DNA of 64,000 bases from Phoronis australis (taxonomy: Eukaryota; Animalia; Phoronida). Both the position numbers and the translations under genes were made by a program. The stretch lies in contig NMRA01000413.1 in the NCBI GenBank assembly GCA_002633005.1, forward strand, positions 113,251 through 177,250, given 5' to 3'. The notes beneath the pieces were generated by a model. The model made no database searches, had not been told where the DNA came from, and worked only from the letters and a program-made list of their open reading frames with translations. This document shows, one piece after another, positions 41,201 to 52,828 of this stretch (positions are counted from its first letter, which is position 1; every line of letters starts with the position of its first letter).

Positions 41201-44200
41201 ATGAGAAAGCACCACACGTATGCGGAAGCAACACCTAAGAAAGGTTTAAAAAGATGAGCAGTTAAAAACATGCTATATACAGACTTAAAGAGGCATGGAA
41301 CGCGAAAGCTCGTCAAAGACATCGTTTAAACACTTTCTGATGAAAGTACCATCTTACAACGTCTACTAAAGAGTTCGGCTATTCACTTTCCCCTGTGACG
41401 AAATTTCCAGAAAAAACAGAATTTACGATTGTGGAAATACGCGCAAAGAGAAAACTGTAGTCACCACGAGTTTCTAATCTGCCCCCCACTTAGATAAATG
41501 CACGCATGCGCTCACTGTCATTCGACAAACAAATGATGGGCACTACAGTTATTACAGGATTTTGGCTGCCGACACACACCCAAGTGGAGACGAGTCTTTA
41601 TCTCACGTCCTTATCAAGAGTCTGAAAAAAACAAAAGTTTATTGGCGTTTCCAACTGAAAAGCACTACTTGTGATAACTGAACCTTAATTCTGCTACAGA
41701 TTTTAATCGGCTAAGTCACATCGGGAAAAATACCGGCACACAAAAATAGGACCAATAACACCAAAATTGTCAGTTTCCCCCCAAATTTACTACTTCCCTG
41801 CAAGTGCTAGAAAAATCTGACAACAGATTGAGAATGCTCTTTCGCTCTAGATTCTAAAAATGTGGTCATGGTACGCACCTTACCAGGTACTTTTTTGACA
41901 ATTTCGATCTGTCTGACAGCCACCTGAAATCGCACCCGGTTTCTCAGTCACCAGGCGACTGGGGTTGAAAGCAAACGACAGCCACCATTTTGCATGGAAA
42001 GTACATGTGGGTCACGGCTAAAAAACTTTGTTTTTCTCATTCAAAGACACAAGTAAATCAGTTTCCTGGCAATTGTTTCCAACAAATTCCTCAAACCACC
42101 CGCCAAACGTGACACACGCCATGTATTTAAATTCTACAGCCTACATGTAACTGTTCAGTGCTACCTTAACGGCAGATTTTATCATGTGTGATCGCACAAT
42201 GAGATCGGCATTCTGAGCACAGTATGAGGCAAGCCAATGAAGCAAGCAGTTTTCCAAAACTAATTCCAAGTGCATTTCAGAATATATTTGACTGTGAGAA
42301 TGTGCTACGTATATGTCTTGCCATACAAAATACGGAAACGTGCATTGCCTGGTCAGAGAAAAATCGACGAATTTGAAAGTAAAATAAAAATGCTTTGACA
42401 TCTACATCAATTTAAAACCTTTACAGACAAACCGTAAAAATAACAGGTGAACAGTTTGTTTTCTGTTTCAGTGACAGAGAACTACTTTGAATAATGTAAT
42501 TGAGGCTGTATTTCGCGTTCCAGGCCTCGTTAACATATTCCCTTTCCTTCTAACAGAATCAAAGGAAAAGGCAACATTCTTTAAACCATCTGCATGTACC
42601 AATTTTGACATACATTTCAATAAAAGGATCCGAACGTGCGCAAATTGCACAGGACCTGACTTCCGCGTATTCAGGCGCATGCGCCTTTAATGTCATATAG
42701 GACCTTATTGACTAGTCGCTGTATTTAGCTAAATATCTTCAAAACTAGATAGTGTAATTCGGTAAAAGTATACGTATTCTGAAAGCTGAAAACACGTAAA
42801 CATTGATTTTGACTTAATTCTAATCTGCCTTTAGTTGAGTCACGCGACCATGTGCTTTTAGTAAAAATTAGATAAAAATGTACCTTTATAGAACAATGGT
42901 ATCAAGGAAATGGGTAAATCAAAATAAAATCTCAAAATCGCTGCTACAGTTTTCTACATTTTATTTCGTTTCCGTTTAATGCAACATTTGATTTTTTTCA
43001 AAAACACCACGAAAGTTCTATTTTTGACAACCACTCATGGGAAAGTACGCGAATTATCTAACTCTATAAAATACGTTACCCATTAAGTATAAGTTCTCCT
43101 TTACGGAAAACAGTACAGTTAATGAAACGTGTCTTTTTGATGATTGAAGTTCGTAAGGCTTTTTTGCATCTCGAAGTTATTTGAGTGGTTTATAGCAAAG
43201 GTAATGTGGGCCACAGTCAGACGTTCTTAAGATGTTAACTTACTACAAATTTGATGCTAAAGAAAATCACTGCAATAAATGTGTTACTCGCAAACACTGG
43301 CTTGCCCAAAGAGAAAAGTTATGCGTACACAAGAGCGGTTGGCAATTTATTTCCCGCGGTAACCTATTTCCAGTGAGACCGGTGTGTGCATAAGCGACGG
43401 AATTTGGGGCGAGCTTACCGTGCTTGTGAAACTCGACTGTGCGACAAAAATAAGCGAATAAACTTGAGGGAAAATTTAAGTAAATAGTTAGATCCCGTTT
43501 GTTATAATCGGCTTTTAGTTTCCGTGTGTATGGACAAGAGTTTGAGAATTTTGGAGTACCTACCGACTGCAACACAGACTCTAATGTGAACAAGGGATTA
43601 TCCCCCGATCAGCCATTGTCGACACACTGCTCATGACGTCAAACGCACGGGCCGACCTTTCCAGCTTACCGGCAGAATTAAGGGCGAATTGTAAATAACG
43701 GACGAATGGCTGGACTTTTAGAAAGGTGACTGAGTTGATATGCTATTTCAGGTCGGGTCTATTCTATGTCAAACCCTTATTTGATCTAAATTCCGACGGA
43801 GAATTTATATTACTTATCACATCACCTGCAAATGTTCTGTATTTCGACGAAAACAGCTCCATACTGTACGAAAATCCAACAGTGCCCTGCAAGAAAAAAC
43901 AGCAATGTTAGGATTTTTAATTAGCATAATGTAATTTTTCAAAAGAATTTGTAAACTGTGTCCAGTTCTTTGTTGCACGTGGGCGACGTAACTTCGAGGC
44001 GACAGTGCCCCTCCGCTGAAAAGTCATTTGCGAGATTCTATAACATCAAACTGTGCAATAACATATGTATGCTTTGGTTCAATGTTTGGGACTTCACAAA
44101 TTTCAGCTACACAATACGTACGCTGTAGAACAATACTTATCGAAAACAACTGTTGATTTATCAGAAAGACGACGAAGGCGTCTGCAACGGTGTCAAAGAA

Positions 44201-47034
44201 GTCCGTGACACCAATGGAGACGTTGACGGCGACTATGGCACTGAGGCGATAAGGACTACGGCGCCAGACAACCCTGCGAGCTGACATGCAACAGTGCCAA
44301 TGTCAACAAATTGTCGGTGTCAGCATCATAGCCAACAGCAATTACAAAGACCATGCCAGCGTCAACAACGACATCGAGGCAACACTGACAACACCCAGCA
44401 CAACGGTGCCGATGACACTATCCTGTCTTAAGACGCAATATAGCTGAAAATCCCTCTGTCAACCAAACCATTCTAAGGATAATTTTGATAATTGTCGGTC
44501 TCGGTGTTAAGGGAATGGTTGATGATGACGACGACTTCGGCTACTGTGGCGTCTCCTAGTGGTAGTTTTGTTTTGTTTAATTTGCACCCTTGGCTGTACA
44601 TGTATCTCCTAAGCCCACTGCAGGATCTTTGTTAAATTTAGTACGTGTATTCATATGAAACAAACAACAGACGAGGATTTTTAGGCGGATCCAACGAACG
44701 CTGTGCCCCTAGTGGCAATTTCATTTTTTCCGTTTTCCTTTGTTTCTCTGAAGTTCCTTGACAGCTTTATGAAATTTTGTACTAATACCTTTCTATAAAA
44801 AGCGATGGCATATTCATGTTTTCGGATGGATTGGACAAGTTTGCGCCATCTAGTGGCCATTTCATGATACAAATAAACGACCCTATAAACACCCCGTTTG
44901 CGGTGCATTCAGTGGTCGCATGTCAATGCTCTTCGTTGCTCTTGTTGGCTTCTCATGTCGATCGGACAAGAGAAACATTACATTGTACGTACATGAAAAA
45001 TGTTTCATTCAAGCACGTAAAGTGAGCAGCCACGATGGCCTAAACTCGAAAGTCAAAACTATTATTTGGTAGGCTACAGCTAAATGTTGTATACTTCAAT
45101 CCTCACATTTTTCAACGGTCTTTGACGTTGTTCACACAAAAAAGAAAACAAACTGCGTTAAGGCATCTGAAGGGTCAACCTGCCTTCTGGTAAGACGAAC
45201 TTACTCATCTGTGATGTCATCAATGCGTTAGACGAACTTACTCATCTTTGCATGGTATCATTACCTTAGAAGAACTTACTTATCTCTGATATCACCAATA
45301 ACTTAGACGAACTTACCCATCTTTGGTATCATTATTACCTTAGACGTACATACCCATCTATGGTATTATTACTACCGTAGACGAACCTACCCATGTTTGG
45401 CGTCACCATTACCTGAGACGAACTTAGCCATCTTTGGTACATTATTATCTTAGACGAACTTCCCCATCTTTGATATCATTATTACCTTGGAAGAACTTAC
45501 CTTACTAAAAAATCCTGTGAAAAAGCGCAACGCAGTGAAGGCAGCTGCGCTCTGTACAAAACTGGTCGCCGTGGAAAGTATCGAAAGTACAAAGACTAGC
45601 ATGATCAAAACGGGTTTCCGGCCAAAGCGATCAGCTAACAAGCTCAATACGATGGACCCACAGATGGAGCCAGCAGTGAACACTGACTGAGCCAGGTCGG
45701 GGAGGTAGGCACGGTCACACACGAGATCAAACTGAAATTGAGAAATAAATTACGTTGACTTTTTAGTATTGCTGACAAAAATTAGTCGAATCAACGTGTG
45801 TGTGTGTAGGGTGATTCAATTACACCGCTAACTGTTAGAGCAAACAACTTCTTGATGTCACTGGAAAACAGCAACATGCTAATGCCTGTCGTGTCTGCAC
45901 TAGGCCGAGTCATGTTGATATCTCCCTAAAAGTGCATTATCCCTCAAATATGACAGGCCTTCCCATCCCAGTTATTTGTCTTCAACATTACCTTAAACAA
46001 CTATTGATGTTGTAGTGTGTAAATTACGTTTGCTGCAGATAATTTGCCCAATGTAATTTGTTGATCAGCAGTGTTGCAGGGATTGTCTGAGGATGTAAAC
46101 CGTACTTTAAGTTTTGAATAAATATATACCTCGCTAATAATGGTTTGGGATTCTCCCTGATATTCCCATCCTGAGGAACACGTGACCTCTGATCCATTGT
46201 CATCATTTACCAGGCATTGAGAGAATCTTCCGATTTTGTTGTCCCAGGGTATGCTGCCGTTAAGGGTGCTGTTGGCGGGAATCTTGCAGTGATGTGGAGT
46301 CTGTGCGCCTGTAACAACAAGTCATAGAGGTTAAGGCAAGTCACTGAGTCAAGACGACAAGGTTAGACTTCACTGATGTTTTGCGTTATTGGACATACCA
46401 AATAATTACTGTATACAGGCCACCAACTTGCGGATACTGTAAGTGAAACATTTGGATTGCTATCAAAGGGTTCTTGGTTCTTGGTCCCTTGACTACATTT
46501 TCTGCAAGGCTTCGTGCAACATGAGGCCTCGAATACCCATGAGAGCCATTAAAGAGGGGTTGACCTTTTTTCTCAGTAAGACCTGTTACTGAGGTTTTTG
46601 TGTTGTTTCTAGTTTAGCTCTCGGACAGGTTAGATCTTATTACTAGTTGAGATTTGCAAGCCATTGTGCATTGGGCTGAATTATTCACTGAGTCACGCAC
46701 AAACATGTAATTCCTATCTCGACAGAGCTCACCCCGCTCCTCCTCAGTAACGGTATACTGTTAGTGGGGTAGCCCGCTCATATCAATTCGATGGCAATAA
46801 TTTTTTAAGGTATTTGCCGCAAGAACTACTACAATTCAATACAAAGATGAGTTGAACATGCAATACAGAGCAATCGGACTGTAGCGACTTACCTATAAAG
46901 ACAATTATTATAGAGCTGAACGCGTAGGCTCCGGAAGCAAAAAATGATATCACAAAATAGGTAATCATCTGATATCTTCTGTAACCACCGATTGCCGCCA
47001 TCACACGGTCGATCTCTTTGTCTGTTACAGTCAT
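29105..47034 (-). CDS. SLC22 family organic cation transporter-like MFS protein, 11 coding exons, 571 aa
   Basis: complement(join 46893-47034, 46130-46308, 45501-45731, 43826-43886, 41105-41234, 40297-40668, 36994-37128, 33318-33403, 31397-31517, 29945-30017, 29105-29290) = 1716 nt, open, GT-AG, phases consistent. SLC22 hallmarks: Cys-containing extracellular loop ending TIISEFDLVCDR, ADRFGRKP, ELF..KYR, ES.PWL, YGRRKP, EVFPTNLR, LPET. Confidence 0.93.
29345..29840. repeat. degenerate (GAT/GGT)n low-complexity tract in the last SLC22 intron
   Basis: Runs of gatgatgat, gatggt and aatagt; gives spurious His- or Met-rich ORFs. Confidence 0.7.
29945..30017 (-). CDS. SLC22-like exon 10 (SSGIGIASVFADIGSVIAPFTGTV; TM11)
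   Basis: Inside ORF 29873-30070; ttacag| acceptor, GTG|GTAAGT donor. Confidence 0.9.
30293..30618. repeat. (CA)n microsatellite spanning an assembly gap
   Basis: CA repeats on both sides of Ns 30361-30605. Confidence 0.9.
31397..31517 (-). CDS. SLC22-like exon 9 (ADGTDL...KFGICGSFATIYVCTVEVFPTNLR)
   Basis: cttgtag| acceptor, CG|GTAATG donor, E.FPT..R motif. Confidence 0.9.
33318..33403 (-). CDS. SLC22-like exon 8 (YGRRKPLIAFHVIAGISLICATFSPGKA)
   Basis: Second motif A (GRR); weaker AAG acceptor, G|GTGAGT donor; phases fit. Confidence 0.83.
33960..36900 (+). mobile_element. decayed RTE-clade non-LTR retrotransposon (APE endonuclease + RT), antisense in SLC22 intron 7
   Basis: Frameshifted motifs: TWNV..F, EMRKYNISVLG.EARW, GDTNAKLG.DN, GLGAMNEN.ELF, QIDYF, DHHL (APE); NWRGITSLSMPSKVL, YVDFRKAFNSI, QG..LSP, LEYAGDL, FIYLG, KSVLLY..ETW (RT and C-terminus). 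Many stops and internal deletions. Confidence 0.9.
36994..37128 (-). CDS. SLC22-like exon 7 (FVNSLVYWGL...LFLNF...AETIGY...IIR)
   Basis: ttttattctag| acceptor, AG|GTAATT donor, TM7-TM8 signature. Confidence 0.88.
37811..37885. mobile_element. tiny hAT-like MITE
   Basis: TIR CATGGGCGGTGCA / TGCGCCGCCCATG; no TSD recognised. Confidence 0.5.
38157..39572. mobile_element. Kolobok-type non-autonomous DNA transposon
   Basis: TTAA TSD (38153-38156 / 39573-39576) and perfect 14-bp TIR AGGAGAATGCCACC / GGTGGCATTCTCCT; RR termini with TTAA fit Kolobok rather than piggyBac (CCY). Confidence 0.85.
40297..40668 (-). CDS. SLC22-like exon 6 (LAQESIPWLIANGR...CFVW; large cytoplasmic loop)
   Basis: Inside ORF 40293-40667; ES.PWL..GR..EA motif; TG|GTAAGT donor. 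Confidence 0.9.
41105..41234 (-). CDS. SLC22-like exon 5 (GVASAYVW...RNWRHLQL...VLYW)
   Basis: Inside ORF 41101-41322; R.WR.LQL motif; TG|GTGAGT donor. Confidence 0.9.
43826..43886 (-). CDS. SLC22-like exon 4 (GTVGFSYSMELFSSKYRTFA)
   Basis: Strong acceptor ttttttcttgcag|, CAG|GTGATG donor, E-L-F...Y-R motif, phase 0 to 1. Confidence 0.82.
45193..45500. repeat. 37-bp minisatellite (~8.3 copies) beginning at the exon 3 donor of the SLC22 gene
   Basis: Units at 45193, 45230, 45268, 45305, 45342, 45379, 45416, 45452, partial 45489; core AGACGAACTTACCCATCT. Confidence 0.9.
45501..45731 (-). CDS. SLC22-like exon 3 (FDLVCDR...ADRFGRKP...RFFTGFFSK)
   Basis: Inside ORF 45450-45722; MFS motif A; AAG|GTAAGT donor. 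Confidence 0.92.
46130..46308 (-). CDS. SLC22-like exon 2 (extracellular loop, HHCKIP...CSSGWEY...TIISE)
   Basis: ttacag| acceptor, GAG|GTATAT donor, conserved Cys residues and N-glycosylation sequons. Confidence 0.88.
46893..47034 (-). CDS. SLC22-like coding exon 1 (MTVTDKEIDRVMAAIGGYRRYQ...IIVFI)
   Basis: D..M..IGGY.RYQ N-terminal SLC22 motif; G|GTAAGT donor; acceptor tttcag at 47047-47048 implies an upstream 5'UTR exon. Confidence 0.88.
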
Positions 47035-49899
47035 GTTAAAAGTTGTCTGAAATAAGTACGTGTGTATAAGTATGGTTCCTATCTTCTACATGGGTATTTA
47101 GGCCCATACGCCAATATTCGCCATAAGGCGCTTTTTAGTTTAAAGAAACCTGTCTTTCCCACATAGGCGCATATACGCAAAGGTGGGTGTCTCTTGTATA
47201 AGCGGATGCAGGCATGTTCAGTTGCACTCGACAAAAGTGCATGACCTTGCTCGTACGAAACACATTTACTCGTCTTGCGCTTTTGGTGGCCACCACGTTG
47301 TACTTGAATTTATCATGAGCGATATATAAGAACTCATCAGGAGTAAAGACAATAAAATGTGACACAGGAGAAACAAATTTAGGTCTAAAATGTCCTAAAA
47401 ATTCTTAGATGTTTTGATAAACTGAAACTGTGATCAATTATCAAGATATATACGTGTAGGAATTGGACAATGACGAAAATCTAAGTGCGAATTCGTCATG
47501 AAGACAGTGCAGTTTCAAACTAGCCTCTGACGAGTTTGCTCAGTAATTTTGAGAATGTGTTTGGTAAAATACTTCATGGAATGTTCTAGAAATCGCTTAC
47601 GCGGCCTAACCGCAATTGGCATGTTGGTAATCCAAATTTACACATGGATACGTATGTATATTACTATTCTGGGTTGGTCGTAAATTCTGACTACCAGAAG
47701 TTGGAAATAACCGTTAATAGTAAAATATGACACTCAATTTGCAAATACGACCAGTGAAATCTAATGATCAAATGAACAAGGGACTCATTCAAAAAGGATC
47801 CCGTTTCATCACAGGTCGTAAGTACCTTCTTAGCTAAGGCTGTCATGAACTCGATTTTTTGCACACAGTTCATAAACGTATTTCATGAAAGCGGTACTTA
47901 AGTATGGCTATGAAAAAATTATCAACTTTAAGTCTGCATTTTTCTTATTCTAGCGTCATGTTTGCAAAAATACCTTGCTTTCAACCATCTTACGGTAGTT
48001 ACGGATATGCTCGTGCGACCTTTGATAGAAAGAGTCCCGGATGAATACTTGCCCTTCTGCCTGCTGTGTGATGACTGAACAATAAAAATAGCTGTATTTT
48101 TCACCTTTCATACAAAAAGTACTCAGATACAGAATGGTAAACTTCATTCAGAAATTCATGAAAAATACAAACGTGAACGCGCCAGTTATATTTGGTCCTA
48201 ACTCCATCCCATTTCCCTCTTAGTTCTACTTATTGGAGATATATATGCAGTCACTATATCCACAACATTCTCTAAACTCTGGTGGACGCATTTGCATATG
48301 CAAGATTGGTTGTTTTGTTTAAAACTGACTCCCTTTCCAAGAAACTGGCTTAACCCATGTCAAATGATGTATGGATTTTGCAAGCTATTGTTTAACTTGC
48401 GAGATCCATGCGACGGGCGTAAGTGCGTTGCATGGTTATCGCCTATGGTATGGAACGTTACCATTATTTTCTTTTGTTGGCTGCGTGTTTGTTGGATATA
48501 GAATAAAGGTCGCACGCCTATCTACCAATATCTATGCGACGACATTGCGCCCTAGTTTCCCGTGGGTAGTTCATTTTTGACTTAAGTCTAAGATTTATCT
48601 CAACTTTCAAGCTTTGAAACTTCCATATCCGGTAAGTTAGTGGAACTTAAGACAAAACTTAAGTCAAACCTATGTCAAACTTAAGATCCCTTTCTTGGAA
48701 AGAACTCAAGACAAACTTAAGTTTTATTTTAAAATTGACTTAAATTAACGATTTGTCTTAGCTAAAGCAATTTTCTTGGAACGGGCCGGGCCTGTTAATG
48801 TCCTTTAGATACATGTACATGAGTATACTTAGCAGTATTTTTCAGGAAATAGATACATTGTCCCACGTGAATAGCCAATCAGCCCCTGCACATATTCATG
48901 TTTATTTCAGAAACCTCAATACAACCATATTTGGAGAAGAGTTCGAGGATATGGAACTGAAAGAGAGTGTCGTTATTGAACCGAGTGTAATCGGTGAGGA
49001 CGTGCTGCGCCTACAACCGGATGTTTTGAAAGTGACCTGTGACTGGGGTCACCAACACATGAAACAGATAGTTTGGTTGCACTTAACATCGGTGACTTAA
49101 CTGTAACCAGTGCATCAACTGAGTATATGATGTATACTAATTAAATAGAATCTCACTGAACTGTTTGGCATGTTTGCCAAGAGATGCCGCACACGATGTT
49201 TGCCAGTTAGTGAATTTCGTCGATTTTCTCAAATATCACTGGTCGTATCGTGGTAAAATTTAACACAGCGACATAAGTTCCTTGTCCAGCAGTTTCTGGC
49301 GAAACTACTTGACGAATTTCGCCGAAACTGGACAAAGATTTGGGCCTGAGTGATGGTAATGCGCTGGTACCAGTTGATTTGACTATCGTGACACCCCATG
49401 CTGGCCGCTTCAGTTAGCGACAAGAAATTTATTGTCTGGCAGTTTATGTCATAACGAATTTAACGATTTTGTTTAAACTTGGCGCTAAGACTTATACATG
49501 TGGTGTAAATGCGCCGGTACTAGTCGATGTTTGATTTTCGGAATTTCTTGCCCATTGTGGCAATCCCTGCTGGCCATTTTAGTTTCCTACAAAACTATTG
49601 CTTTTTCGTAAACTATAAGGAAAACGGCTTGTTCGATTTTCATAAAAACTTGCAATAGAGGCACATGCGGCGAAGATGCTACAAGTACCTTGCCATTTGC
49701 TTTACGTCCAAATTATCTTGGACCAAGGCAACTAAAACATTGTCTCGATAAGAAAGTAAGGCAGTATTCATGATCAGTGCAATTTAACCCCATCTTGCAC
49801 CATCGATAACCCTTAACATTTTTGACAAGATAATTCTACTTATCAGCAGTTATGGTTCAGAATTCTGTGAATATTAGTCCATAAAGGAAGTGTGTCTAA

Positions 49900-50520
49900 A
49901 TTTTTGTAAACGAGTTCTAATTGTCGGTAGTAATAGCGTGGAATTAGCTAAATGTATTTCTTTGTTTTGGAGTCCAATGTGTTAAATATTAATTGAGGTT
50001 ACATAACAAGATTCCGTAAAACTGTTTACGATGTGTTCTTTTCCCGAGAGTAAACAGGGAGACAAGACTGGGCATTATGGGCAAAATGTTATTTGCATAG
50101 GTGCATGTTTGGCTTTGGTATTCTGTGGTATCATCTAATTGTGAGCTGTGATGAAACTTTGATTATTGCCTTCAGGGAAAGAATACTAGGTTCTTATCTC
50201 CAAGAACGGCAGAAAATAGTACAGAACAACTCAAAGGTGGATACTTATTGCTTTATTAAGTTTGATTTCTGCGAAGAAATGATTTGTCGTTACAATTGCC
50301 ACGAAATTTCATTAGCGCAATGGCAAATTAGACTAAGGTGTGCTAACCCTACACTTAAAATTGAAGGTGGCCGACATACACATATTGATAGAAAGATTCG
50401 CCAGTGTCTCGTCAGTGTTCACAATCGTTTGATCGAGCACAAGAACCATTTCGTCTACATCTGAATTAAGAACAGTATTTCTTCCTGTCTGTTCTCGGTA
50501 TTATCGCAACAAACATAATT
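49900..50520 (+). mobile_element. 3' fragment of a CR1/L2-like LINE ORF2
   Basis: ORF 50093-50464 contains FRERILGSYLQE..IVQNNSKVDTYC.IK and IRLRCANPTLKIEGGRH..IDRKIRQC...IEHKNHF, resembling the post-RT C-terminus (R.S.H.L.IE.GR...R.C...IE.E.HF) of these LINEs. Confidence 0.6.
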
Positions 50521-50568
50521 GTTGAATTGTTGTGACCTACCGTTGTTAAAAATCGTAGTAGTCAAATA

Positions 50569-50978
50569 TATGGTGCGCCGTTGGAGGGAAAGTGTCGCCG
50601 TAAAATTGCGTGCGTAAATTAATTCTTATTGTTAGCGTAAAGTAATTATTTGCGGTGTAAATCAATTATTTACGGCGTAAAACAATTTGCTGCGCTGTAA
50701 AGTAATTACTTTACGCTTTGAAATTATGTTTGTTAGCAAATTCTTGTTAGAGACGTAAAGTAATTATTTGCTACGTAAAGTAATTAGTTGCAGCGTAATT
50801 TAATGGCGTCAGTAAAGTAATAATTTGGGGCGTAATTTTGCGGCGTAAAGTAATCATTTACAGCGTAAATTAACGGCGTAAAGCAATTATTTGCGGTGTA
50901 AAGCAATTACTTCCGGCGTAAAGTAATTATTTGCGGGCTACTTTTACAGCGACACTTTCCCCCCAACGGCCATTCATA
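50569..50978. mobile_element. MITE with internal ~21-bp tandem array
   Basis: TIR GCCGTTGGAGGGAAAGTGTCGCCGTAAAA / TTTTACAGCGACACTTTCCCCCCAACGGC; interior is repeats of GCGTAAAGTAATTATTT. Confidence 0.8.
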
Positions 50979-52750
50979 CAAATACGTTTACTGCGCTACA
51001 GTCAACAGGCAACTTACTGGAAACTACATGTATTCCCAATGATTGACTGTAGCACCTTTTGCCGTTTTTGTTCTGTGACTGAGTCTCATGTATCCTCTCT
51101 CATGAAAGTTGCTGCAATGTTTACTGTGAACCTGTGACCTCTGTGTAGGATAATAAGCAATAATGATATGTATTGTTCCTGAAATAAATTCTTCAGAGCA
51201 GATTTTGCCATTGTATAAGTCACAACTACATGGTTCGTCCCAACTTTTACGGCACGTGTCCGCGTCTTAACTCTTTGGCAGATTCTACAAAAGCTGTTCC
51301 GTACGTTACACGAAATCCAAACAATGCATTTAGAAACTATTCTATGTCAGTCAACTTCAGTTGCCATTTCTAGGTGCACGGCCCCAGTGAACACGCATAA
51401 ATACCTTTTCTCTTCCTCCACACCAACGTTGAACAGTCACGAACGTTCCAGTGTAATATAATGCAGTTTTGGTGAATACAGAATTAGTAACTTCACACGT
51501 ACCTATAAAATACAGTACTGTTACAACTTTGCGTGTTACACGCGAGAGTGTAGTCCGCACATGTGATGTCTCAGTTCATGGTGATGGTTATTGCTATCGC
51601 TGTTGTCACTCCGTTTCGCTAATGTAATATTTTATTGCTTTTTAATAACAAATTGGCTTTCTTTAAAGCGTTCACTTTAGTAGAAAATTCTGATTATTTA
51701 TCAGTTTTAATCATTCGAATTTTAAACCACCCAATTTTGTTCATGACTGACAGTTATTTACAAAGCGCCACACTCAGGCTTGTTTGCTTGGAGTTGAATA
51801 ACAGGTGAGTGGCCGCGTCTAATCTTTAGGTGTATTATCATAGTCAATAGTTACAAACGACGAATGTGCCTTCTTAACAGGCAGTGGGCCGAAGGTCATA
51901 GCATTCAATGTTATCAGTTGTTGCGAGAGGGGGGGGGGGAGGGGCAACCTAGTTTCTTCTATGTTGCTAACAAATACACATATAATTTCAAAGTTTCCAC
52001 GTCTACACTTGCGCACTTTTTTAAAACGTTTGATTTTTGCAAGAAATATTATACACATTTCTGCCTCTTTCCTAACAAACTGTTGTGCTGATTGGGGCCT
52101 CAGCTCAGTGCTCTGCCAGTAGGCCTTCAGGTACAGGTTTTCTTGGTGTCCCACAATTAACATTTTACAGGTGGTGGATCAACACACGAAGGGAAGACTT
52201 GGACTTTAAGCATTACTTCAAAAGAATTGCTACACTGTGTTGATGTGAAGAACACTTTAGTCGAGACAAGTTTATAAGTTTATGTGCCCCTCAGATATGG
52301 GAAGTGACTAGCTCAGAAAAAGTCTACGCAAAGACGGGCAGTACCAACCACTGTCAACATCCCAAATCCACCGAAAGCTACCACGGAGCACATACAAAAT
52401 AGAGCGATTGAAGACGGTAACGGTGAGCTGGCAGCAACATCCGCAAAACAAAAAATTTGTCTGCGAAAAGATATTGAACGAAAATAGCAACAACAACAAT
52501 AGAATCTTTGGAAATTTTTTATCTAAGAATTCAGTACTGTGTCACAATATACAACTGGTATTTTTTCATTCACAGGGTAAGTTACTTTGATCATTATCAT
52601 AGCACAGATATAGACCAAATGCTTTATATATATTGTAAAGAAAGCAAGAGATATTTTTAAGTTACATTTATACCACAATATTAGCCTCGAATGGCCAATA
52701 CAACCGTCTAATAACCCATTTAGTTATCTCACTAGTGGAGTAACATTTTG

Positions 52751-52828
52751 GAGGGAACCGAGGCCAGTTTCGAACCCGGGCCGCAGGAGTTTCCAGTAGT
52801 CAACTTTACCACTACACCGCTAAGCGAC
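52751..52828 (-). mobile_element. tRNA-derived SINE head / tRNA pseudogene
   Basis: Minus strand GTCGCTTAGCGGTGTAGTGGTAAAG...CCCGGGTTCGAAACTGG: A box, B box and T-arm present, acceptor stem does not pair. Confidence 0.6.

Noticed and set aside
44170-44420. GC-richer, codon-like stretch in SLC22 intron 3
   Set aside because: Degenerate (RAC/CAA)n low-complexity DNA with stops; the SLC22 model is complete without it.
52751-52828. Possible functional tRNA gene
   Set aside because: A and B boxes present but no acceptor-stem pairing or clear anticodon arm; treated as a SINE head or pseudogene.
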